Source: a virus. Taken from it: DNA of 64,000 bases. Location of the stretch: positions 1 to 64,000 of the IMG/VR virus record IMGVR_UViG_3300045049_000339; one strand, 5' to 3'. Both the position numbers and the translations under genes were made by a program. Under the pieces are notes generated by a model. The model was not told the origin of the DNA, did no database searches, and was given only the letters and a program-made list of their open reading frames with translations. Positions 54,462 to 61,185 of the stretch are shown one piece after another; position 1 is the first letter of the stretch; every line of letters starts with the position of its first letter.

Positions 54462-54713
54462 CTGCACCCGCAGGGTGCGGAAAGCTAACAACTGAATATC
54501 AACATCAGCCGCCGTCGCAACGGTGGCATCAAGCTGAAGCTCTCGCTCAAGCTGAAGCGTCTCGGCAAGGCGTTGATCGAAGTGCGCTGTCCCATCAGGA
54601 GACGTCGGTTCGAATCCGACTCAGGGGACTACGATCCCTGGTGGTGTAGTGGAAGCATTGCCTGGTTTCTCAAATCAAGGCAGCGCCCACCGTGCAACGT
54701 CAGACCGCAGAAT
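54462..54713 (+). ncRNA. YrlA-like permuted tRNA-mimic RNA with hexamer-repeat 5' extension
   Basis: T arm (54604-54620), closed acceptor hairpin (54621-54641), D arm, all enclosed by atcagg/cctggt, gcgctgtc/ggcagcgc and ggcgttg/caacgtc. Confidence 0.75.
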
Positions 54714-54716
54714 GAC

Positions 54717-54790
54717 ATTGGAATAGCGCAGCTTGGCAGCGCGTCAGTCTCTGGTACTGAAGATCGTCGGTTCAAATCCGACTTCCAAAA
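54717..54790 (+). tRNA. tRNA-Gln(CTG)
   Basis: ttggaa/ttccaa, tcagt-CTCTGGT-actga, T arm gtcgg-TTCAAAT-ccgac; 1:72 A-A mismatch. Confidence 0.8.
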
Positions 54791-54834
54791 ACATTCTATG
54801 GGTGGTCCCCGGAGGTTACCGGGGGCCACCTCCC

Positions 54835-54908
54835 GGTTGCGTAGCTCAGATGGATAGAGCGCCCGCCTTCTAAGCGGGAGGTCGCAGGTTCAAGTCCTGC
54901 CGCTTCCA
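54835..54908 (+). tRNA. tRNA-Arg(TCT)
   Basis: cccgc-CTTCTAA-gcggg; acceptor ggttgcg/cgcttcc has two U-U mismatches. Confidence 0.85.
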
Positions 54909-54935
54909 CGCAAGACATCCTACTAGGAGAAGATC

Positions 54936-55037
54936 ATGTTGAAGAAGTTCATCGTCGCCCTGCGTACCGTTTGTGGGTACTGTGGCTACAACACCAGCTC
55001 CTCGACCTGCCCGAACTGCGGCAACCCGGTCGGCTGA
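54936..55037 (+). CDS. 33-aa zinc-ribbon peptide
   Basis: AGGAG RBS; MLKKFIVALRTVCGYCGYNTSSSTCPNCGNPVG. Confidence 0.65.
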   Translation: MLKKFIVALRTVCGYCGYNTSSSTCPNCGNPVG

Positions 55038-55208
55038 TCACAGATGAACACCGCTGGTATAGCCTACGCGAAGATCGTTCTGTACAGGGCGGATGGAGGC
55101 GGAAACGGAGACGTCGTCGTCTGGTGTATCAAACACAGCGGGCCGAAAACTCAGTGCGGCTGCCCGTGATAGGCTGAAGCCGGTTCTTACACCGTGCAGG
55201 GCATCACG

Positions 55209-55240
55209 AAGACCCCGTCAGCATTGCTGACGGGGTTTTT
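55209..55240 (+). terminator. intrinsic terminator
   Basis: aagaccccgtcagc-att-gctgacggggtttttc. Confidence 0.8.
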
Positions 55241-55256
55241 CGTGCTAGTATTCAGT

Positions 55257-55592
55257 ATGAGTACGAACGAGGAACTTGAGCGGGACGTGGCATGGCTGGA
55301 GACCTGGGTCGAGCAGCACCCGGAGACCCGCGCGGCCAAGCGCATCGAGGCCGTCCTGACCGCCATCAAGGCCGCCACGGACGACGCTCTGCCGGTCGAG
55401 GAGGGCGTCCCGGTCAAGGACACCGCCGCGAAGTACAAGCACCTCGCAGACCTCGTCCAGAGCTGGATTCCGGCCGGGTCCATCTGGGAGAAGCAGCACA
55501 ACACCGAAGAGCTGGTTGCCAATTACATCTGGCACCTGTACCACAGTCACACCCTCGGATGCCCGGAGTGTTTTGGTGGACGAACCAACTGA
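55257..55592 (+). CDS. hypothetical protein
   Basis: codon bias; probably leaderless. Confidence 0.65.
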   Translation: MSTNEELERDVAWLETWVEQHPETRAAKRIEAVLTAIKAATDDALPVEEGVPVKDTAAKYKHLADLVQSWIPAGSIWEKQHNTEELVANYIWHLYHSHTLGCPECFGGRTN

Positions 55593-55974
55593 CGCCTACG
55601 CCTTCGATGAGCTGGACGCCTACAAGCTCCGCGTCAAACAGCTCAAGGGTTCTCTGTCGCGCTGGCTGCTGCGTTCCATCACCTTCCGCCTGCGGCCGGT
55701 CTTCCCGACGGCCACGCGCGTTCACGTGGTGCTCTACCCGGACAACGTCTACCGCATCTGGGCCGTGAGCGAGGGCAAGCGATGGCTGGCCGTCTGCGAG
55801 AAGGACGTCGCGCCGACGTGGACGTCCATCAATCTGGACAATGACGTGAACCTGTTGATCCATCTGGGATGGAGCCCCAGGATCAATACCTACACACGCG
55901 AAGACGGAATCGAGGTGCATTCCGTGCAGCTCGAAGCCGCAGCCACCAGGAGAAAGAGGCAGAACAATGGATGA
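55576..55974 (+). CDS. hypothetical protein
   Basis: overlapping start, RBS GGAG. Confidence 0.6.
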   Translation: MDEPTDAYAFDELDAYKLRVKQLKGSLSRWLLRSITFRLRPVFPTATRVHVVLYPDNVYRIWAVSEGKRWLAVCEKDVAPTWTSINLDNDVNLLIHLGWSPRINTYTREDGIEVHSVQLEAAATRRKRQNNG

Positions 55975-56194
55975 CCTCAAGCCGGTCACCTGGATGAAGT
56001 TGAAGCACCGTCAGCTCAAGACGGTCGGCCGCAACAAGACGAATGGCGGTTCGTCCACCAAGCGCGTGAAGCGTTCCGCCAGCATCAAGCACGAGCAGCC
56101 GGTCACCGGCATGGAGCGTGTGATGGTGCTCGACTTCAAGGACGGCCGCAAGGGCAAGATTTCCTGGCAGGTTCGGGAGAAAAGCGGTAAGTAA
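55967..56194 (+). CDS. hypothetical basic protein
   Basis: RBS GAGG. Confidence 0.6.
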   Translation: MDDLKPVTWMKLKHRQLKTVGRNKTNGGSSTKRVKRSASIKHEQPVTGMERVMVLDFKDGRKGKISWQVREKSGK

Positions 56195-56246
56195 ACGAAG
56201 TGCTTGACGCTTCACTTTTCCGACCCATTACATCTATATTGGGTTC

Positions 56247-56912
56247 GTGAACGATCGACCAGACCCAGGCGGGGTCCGGGCCAACCTGTTCCAGGCAACC
56301 CGGACCTCGTGGCGTTTGTCCGAGCATCTCGAATCCCTTATTACTGAGCGTGTTTCACCTCCCCCCGGCCCCAGCGGTGGTCACCGCAAGCCGGGCTCCA
56401 AGGCACCCTGGAATTCAGCCGCCGCAGAACTCGTCTTCGATCTCCGCTTCCTGGCACGGCAACTCGAAGAAGACCTGCGTGTACGTGTGACTGGCGGCCA
56501 CATTCAGCGCGGCATTAGTGACCGCAATACCCAGCTCTCGTTGTGGGCGCTGGCCGACCTCGCCGTCATGGCGGCCGATTCCGACGTGGCCGTCACCCTC
56601 GTGCGCCTCGGTGGCTGGCTGGAGCGTGCACGCCCCGTCGTCGGCGAGACCGAGCCCCTGCGCCGCGTGCCACGCGTGCAGGGCTACGTGGAGCCTCGCT
56701 GCCCGTGGTGCGGCTACTGCACTCTGCGCTGCAAGCTCAACGCTGGAATCCTCTTCTGTATCAACCCTTCGTGCACCGACCACGAAGGCAGGCGCCCCCT
56801 CGGTGTCATCGAGGTGGACATGGCTCTCCGTGACGTCGTACTCCGCTGGCAGGACGACACCTACGGAATCCCTCAGCACACGATTGAAGCCGTCTATGCG
56901 GGGGCAGCATGA
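56247..56912 (+). CDS. zinc-ribbon-containing putative regulator
   Basis: KPGSKAPWN...RCPWCG...LFCINPSC.D. Confidence 0.7.
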   Translation: MNDRPDPGGVRANLFQATRTSWRLSEHLESLITERVSPPPGPSGGHRKPGSKAPWNSAAAELVFDLRFLARQLEEDLRVRVTGGHIQRGISDRNTQLSLWALADLAVMAADSDVAVTLVRLGGWLERARPVVGETEPLRRVPRVQGYVEPRCPWCGYCTLRCKLNAGILFCINPSCTDHEGRRPLGVIEVDMALRDVVLRWQDDTYGIPQHTIEAVYAGAA

Positions 56913-57181
56913 GCCGTGGATGGACCTCGAAGGAACTGAAAGCCGTCGGTGACGACGACACGCTCTGGACAGCGGCGGAAGCCGCCGTGCTGCTGGGGCC
57001 ACCGGACCTGAATGTCGCAGAGGTCCGGCGCCTTGTCAGCCTGTTCGGCATCGACCCGGTCGGCAAGCGCCGCACCGCCGGTCAGGGACAGCCCGGACGG
57101 GCCGCCCGCGTGTACCGCGCCTCTGATTTGATTGAGGCGTACGACAAACTCAGCAAGGGCGTAGGGAAGGGCAACCAGTGA
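56909..57181 (+). CDS. HTH-like protein
   Basis: WTAAEAA.LL...VRRLV...P.GKR...RVYRASDL. Confidence 0.65.
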   Translation: MSRGWTSKELKAVGDDDTLWTAAEAAVLLGPPDLNVAEVRRLVSLFGIDPVGKRRTAGQGQPGRAARVYRASDLIEAYDKLSKGVGKGNQ

Positions 57182-57531
57182 AACCGACCATTGGCCGGGT
57201 CGTGCACTACCGCAGTCACGGCAGTGCGGACGGCACGTACAAGCCGGAGTGCCGCGCGGCCATCATCACGGCCGTCAAGGGCCACCACGAAGAGCACGAC
57301 CGCCGCATCTGGGTCGTCGACCTCACCGTGTTCAACCCCGAGGGGTTCTTCCTCAAGGACAACGCGCGCCAGGACGAGGGGCACGAGACGCCGGGAGATC
57401 CGGACTGCGAGTACGACGGGCGCCACGACGAGCAGCCGTTCCGGTACTGCGCCTGCGGCTGGCGTGAGGCCGCCATGCACGGAGGGACTTGGCACTGGGT
57501 TGAACGCGAACCCGAAACCGGAGACGAGTAG
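57178..57531 (+). CDS. hypothetical phage protein
   Basis: MKPTIGRVVHY...RAAIITAV...LTVFNP.G...GTWHW pattern. Confidence 0.7.
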   Translation: MKPTIGRVVHYRSHGSADGTYKPECRAAIITAVKGHHEEHDRRIWVVDLTVFNPEGFFLKDNARQDEGHETPGDPDCEYDGRHDEQPFRYCACGWREAAMHGGTWHWVEREPETGDE

Positions 57532-57983
57532 TGCTAACCCTAGTCCTTTCAGACTGGAGTAGTCGCCCTTGTAGTACGGCTCCAAGTGCCACACCAAGGC
57601 GGCCTCGCGGGCGCGTCAAGATCAAAGGCAAGGAGATGACCGCAGCACGTGCAGCCTGGGTCAGCAAGATTGGACCTGTGCCGCCAGGGCTGTGTGTATG
57701 TCATCGGTGCGACAATCCGTCGTGTTGGGAGATCACGCATCTCTTCCTTGGTACAAATGCGGAGAACCTCGCCGATATGGCGCAAAAAGGCCGTAGTACC
57801 TGGGGCGTGAAAAACAACACCACAAAACTCACGCCACGGCAGGTCAACGAGATCCGCGCTGCGCTGCGTAGTGGGGTCGCTCAGCGAGACCTTGCCACTG
57901 TTTACGGTGTTTGCAAGTCGACCATCGGCTACATCGGTCGCGGTGAGACGTGGCAGAAGCTACCCGAGGATGAGGAGCCATGA
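57531..57983 (+). CDS. HNH endonuclease
   Basis: VCHRCDNPSC....HLFLGTNAENLADM..KGR plus C-terminal HTH; start uncertain. Confidence 0.8.
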   Translation: MLTLVLSDWSSRPCSTAPSATPRRPRGRVKIKGKEMTAARAAWVSKIGPVPPGLCVCHRCDNPSCWEITHLFLGTNAENLADMAQKGRSTWGVKNNTTKLTPRQVNEIRAALRSGVAQRDLATVYGVCKSTIGYIGRGETWQKLPEDEEP

Positions 57984-58201
57984 GTTCCAAGGCCGCCCCG
58001 CACGACCTCGCCGACCGGCCGTTCCTCGGAACGCCCCGTGTACCGCCGTTCGTCATGCTGTGTCACGTCTCGGCCAGCACGTGCGGCCGGTACTGGCTGG
58101 CCAACACGGTCGAACAGTACAACGTGTACCTTGCGGAGAGGGACGCTCACCACGTCCTCTGCTCCGTTGCACGCAAGCCCGATCTGATCCTGCCTTCCTA
58201 G
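57980..58201 (+). CDS. hypothetical protein
   Basis: ATGA overlap, RBS GAGGAG. Confidence 0.6.
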   Translation: MSSKAAPHDLADRPFLGTPRVPPFVMLCHVSASTCGRYWLANTVEQYNVYLAERDAHHVLCSVARKPDLILPS

Positions 58202-58209
58202 GGGAGACC

Positions 58210-58632
58210 ATGAGCATTGCCAAGGCCATATCCGCTTTCCTGCACCGAGCCAAGGACGACGCGGCAGCCACCGAGGCTGAGCTGAAGAACGTCCTGAAGG
58301 CGATCGAGCCCGAGGTCACCGCGCTCAAGAACGCCGTGGTCGACGAGATCAAGGATGAGCTGCCCGCCGTCGTCAAGGACGTCGAGGACGCCGTCAAGGG
58401 TGTCATCGCCTCGCACAGCCCGGCCTTCACCGAGGCGTTGACCACCCTGCACGCCCGGTTCGACGCCCTCGACGCCAAGCTCGCCGACCTCAAGGCGGCC
58501 AACGCCGCCGCGACCGCTGCGGCGACTCCTCCGTACGCGGCCAAGCGTGCGGCGAAGAAGACGACGGCTGCCCCGGCGGCCACGAACGCGCAGGTCAGCA
58601 CGGATGCTCCGGCCACGGAGAAGTCCTCGTAG
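58210..58632 (+). CDS. hypothetical helical protein with Ala/Lys tail
   Basis: RBS GGAG, codon bias. Confidence 0.7.
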   Translation: MSIAKAISAFLHRAKDDAAATEAELKNVLKAIEPEVTALKNAVVDEIKDELPAVVKDVEDAVKGVIASHSPAFTEALTTLHARFDALDAKLADLKAANAAATAAATPPYAAKRAAKKTTAAPAATNAQVSTDAPATEKSS

Positions 58633-58639
58633 TAATTGC

Positions 58640-58668
58640 TTGCGCACCGCCGTCGGTGCGCGTAGTGT
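58640..58668 (+). promoter_or_regulatory. promoter of the Y-RNA/TROVE operon, with palindromic spacer
   Basis: TTGCGC-N17-TAGTGT; gcgcaccg-ccgt-cggtgcgc. Confidence 0.6.
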
Positions 58669-58670
58669 TC

Positions 58671-58832
58671 TGGGTGTCGGAGGAACCGGGGTAAGGAACA
58701 CGGTTACTTCATTTGACTGGATATCAAAAGGTTGTGGGTTCGAGTCCCACCGGCTCCACTTGTGGGGCTGTAGCTCAATCGGTAGAGAAAACGTGCCCGA
58801 GTTCACTTTGATATCGGTTCCCTCGACACCCA
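58671..58832 (+). ncRNA. Y-RNA-like unit 1 (permuted cloverleaf, loop CTGGATA)
   Basis: terminal stem, GGGGTA, CGGTTACTTC, anticodon arm, T arm, closed acceptor, D arm, TTTGATATC. Confidence 0.85.
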
Positions 58833-58839
58833 CAGACTT

Positions 58840-58995
58840 CCTGTCAGGGGTACAGGCAACGGCTACTTCGCTTCGAAATGCGGGTATCTGTGCAAACAGA
58901 GTGCGGGTTCGAATCCCGTCCGGCTCTTCGCTGAGTCGGTAGACGAATTGGCAAAGTCACCTACGTATCCGATGCCGACTTAGACATCTGACAGG
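58840..58995 (+). ncRNA. Y-RNA-like unit 2 (class II permuted cloverleaf, loop TTCGAAAT)
   Basis: cctgtcag/ctgacagg, GGGGTA, CGGCTACTTC, variable arm tctgt-gcaa-acaga, T arm, acceptor hairpin, D arm. Confidence 0.85.
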
Positions 58996-59007
58996 GCTAA
59001 CTTCATA

Positions 59008-59149
59008 TCTGTCCGGGGTACAGGCTGCGGTTACTTCACCTGTTAAGTGAGAGGTCGCAGGTTCGAATCCTGTCGTGGGGTGATAAGCCCCATGTAGCTC
59101 AGTTTGGGAGAGCGCTAACGTTCCCGCTGCCGCTTCGATATCGGACAGA
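59008..59149 (+). ncRNA. Y-RNA-like unit 3 (permuted tRNA-Asn-like, loop CTGTTAA)
   Basis: tctgtccg/cggacaga, GGGGTA, CGGTTACTTC, ttcac-CTGTTAA-gtgag, T arm, cgtgggg/ccccatg, gctc/gagc D arm. Confidence 0.88.
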
Positions 59150-59164
59150 ACACACAAACTTCAT

Positions 59165-59305
59165 AGCTGCCTGGGGTAAAGACAACGGTTACTTCCATGC
59201 GGAGGAGGTAGCGCAGGTTCGAATCCTGCCGGGGGCCTACGGGCTCCTGTCGTCTAGCGGCCCAGGACGCCTACGTTTCCGTTATCGCTTTGATATCAGG
59301 CAGCT
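59165..59305 (+). ncRNA. Y-RNA-like unit 4 (permuted cloverleaf, loop ATGCGGA)
   Basis: agctgcctg/caggcagct, same conserved boxes, Glu-type D arm tcgtctagcggcccaggac. Confidence 0.85.
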
Positions 59306-59306
59306 T

Positions 59307-59400
59307 GCAGAACCCATCACCGGGGTACTGCTCACGGTTACTTCACCCTTCAAAGATGAAAAAACACCGTGAGCGCTCTGAAATCGGTGGTGGGTTCTGC
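59307..59400 (+). ncRNA. Y-RNA-like unit 5 (minimal, single stem-loop CTTCAAA)
   Basis: gcagaacccatcaccg/cggtggtgggttctgc, GGGGTA, CGGTTACTTC, CTGAAATC; no T, D or acceptor arm. Confidence 0.8.
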
Positions 59401-59443
59401 TTAATGGCAAGCCCAGTGCCATCAGGAAAAGGAGGAACAGACG

Positions 59444-61126
59444 ATGGCCAAGTTTAACCAGAAGACCCGTACCTGGGAGAACCAGGGAGGTTCGGCCTTT
59501 CCCGCCGCAGGAACGAAGCGGCAGACCACCACGACCACGAACCACACCGGCCGTGCCGTGTGGAACCTGGACGACAAGACCAACCTGTTCTTCCGCGCCA
59601 CGTCCGCCTTCGCCGGTCAGGACACGTACTACGAGAAAGGCGCCAAGCGCGACGCCGAGGCCATCGCCTTGGTCCGAAAGCTCGCTATCGGCGACTGGGA
59701 CTGGACGGCGAAGTTCCTCGTCTGGCTGCGCGCCGAGGGCAACATGCGCACCGCGCCGGTCATGCTGGCTGTCGAGGCAGTTCGTGCACGCCTGGAGAAG
59801 AAGCTGCACCCGGCTGCCGGTGAGATGTCTCACCGTGCGCTCATCGCGGCTGTTCTCCAGCGCGCGGATGAGCCGGGCGAGATGCTCGCCTACTACGAGA
59901 ACGTCGTCGGCCGCACCATGCCGAAGGCGATCAAGCGTGGTATCGGTGACGCGGCCAAGCGCATGTACAACGAGCGCAACTTCCTGCGGTACGACAGTTC
60001 GTCCAAGGCCATCCGTTTCGGCGGCGTCGCCGAGATGGCTCAGATGCCGAAGACGCACGGCTGGCAGTCCGACCTGATCACCTACGCCATTGGTGAGCAG
60101 CACCACCGTGAGCAGGACATCCCTGACACGTTGGCGGCACTTCGTGCACGCAATGAGCTGAACAAGATGGACGCCAGCGACCGTCACGTTTTCGCGAAGA
60201 GCGCACTGGGCGGCCACATCATCAACCGCACCAAGCTGGACCTGGCCATGGCCGGGCAGTGGGAGTGGTTCATGAGTTGGCTCGGTGATGCGAAGGGTGC
60301 CAAGGCCATCACGACGAAGGAGAAGTGGACGTTCGCCGCCCAGCGCATGGGCATCATGGCGGTCGTCCGCAACCTCCGGAACTTCGACGAGGCCGGTCTC
60401 AAGACGGGCGACAGCATCGTCACCGAGATCAGTGGTCGGCTCACGAACGAGGAGCAGATCGCGAAGTCCCGCATGTTCCCGTTCCGGTTCTTCACGGCGC
60501 ACTTGCAGCTCAAGTCCGTCACGTGGGCGGCCGGTCTGGAGGTGGCGCTTCAGCACTCGCTCCAGAACCTTCCGGAGCTGCCGGGCCGGACGCTGATCCT
60601 CGTCGACACCTCGGGGTCGATGCAGCAGAAGCTCTCGGCCAAGTCCGAGATGTCCTACGCCCAGGCCGCCGCACTGTTCGGCTGTGCCCTGAAGATCAAG
60701 AACCCGGACGGGGTCAACCTGTGGGGGTTCGCCGACGGGCAGTTCGAGGCGCAGGCCACCACGGGTCACAGCGTTCTGCGCTGTGCCGAGGAGTTCTGCC
60801 GCCAGAACGGCCTGGTCGGTCACGGAACGCAGATGGAGGCGGCCGTCCGTGCCACGTACGCGGGGCACGACCGAGTCATCATCATCTCCGACATGCAGGC
60901 GTTCCCGACCGGCGGTTACAGCCGGTACGGGTACAGCTACATGACCGGTGACGTCGCTGGGGCTGTTCCGGCGCACATCCCGGTATACGGTTTCAACCTG
61001 GCCAGCGGCTCCACCACACCGCTGGGCAAGGGCAACCGGCACAGCCTTGGTGGCCTCTCGGATGTGACGTTCAAGCTGATCCCTCAGCTTGAGAAGGTCG
61101 GCCGGGGTTCGTGGCCCTGGGAGTAA
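59444..61126 (+). CDS. rsr: Ro60/TROVE domain ribonucleoprotein with C-terminal vWA domain
   Basis: QDTYYE, LRAEGNMRTAP, QRADEPGEMLAYY, PKAIKRGI.DA, MAVVRNLRNFDEAG, KSRMFPFRF, TLILVDTSGSM, IIISDMQ; RBS AGGAGG. Confidence 0.95.
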   Translation: MAKFNQKTRTWENQGGSAFPAAGTKRQTTTTTNHTGRAVWNLDDKTNLFFRATSAFAGQDTYYEKGAKRDAEAIALVRKLAIGDWDWTAKFLVWLRAEGNMRTAPVMLAVEAVRARLEKKLHPAAGEMSHRALIAAVLQRADEPGEMLAYYENVVGRTMPKAIKRGIGDAAKRMYNERNFLRYDSSSKAIRFGGVAEMAQMPKTHGWQSDLITYAIGEQHHREQDIPDTLAALRARNELNKMDASDRHVFAKSALGGHIINRTKLDLAMAGQWEWFMSWLGDAKGAKAITTKEKWTFAAQRMGIMAVVRNLRNFDEAGLKTGDSIVTEISGRLTNEEQIAKSRMFPFRFFTAHLQLKSVTWAAGLEVALQHSLQNLPELPGRTLILVDTSGSMQQKLSAKSEMSYAQAAALFGCALKIKNPDGVNLWGFADGQFEAQATTGHSVLRCAEEFCRQNGLVGHGTQMEAAVRATYAGHDRVIIISDMQAFPTGGYSRYGYSYMTGDVAGAVPAHIPVYGFNLASGSTTPLGKGNRHSLGGLSDVTFKLIPQLEKVGRGSWPWE

Positions 61127-61140
61127 TCCCAGAAACACGA

Positions 61141-61176
61141 AAAGAGCCCCCGCCTCGAAAGAGGCGGGGGCTCTTT
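61141..61176. terminator. bidirectional terminator
   Basis: aaagagcccccgcctc-gaaa-gaggcgggggctcttt between convergent operons. Confidence 0.88.
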
Positions 61177-61185
61177 GTGCACGAA

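Noticed and set aside
54573-54857. 94-aa ORF from the track
   Set aside because: No RBS, and it runs through the tRNA-like RNA and tRNA-Gln; only the upstream phased segment is kept as a hypothesis
58711-59275. Ordinary tRNA genes or pseudogenes
   Set aside because: Arm order is anticodon-T-acceptor-D within each closed unit. Joining the D arm of one unit to the T arm of the next does not give matching acceptor stems
58671-59400. CRISPR array (repeated motif with variable inserts)
   Set aside because: Conserved boxes are only 6-10 nt and split, the period is 95-165 nt, the inserts are tRNA arms, and there is no cas operon
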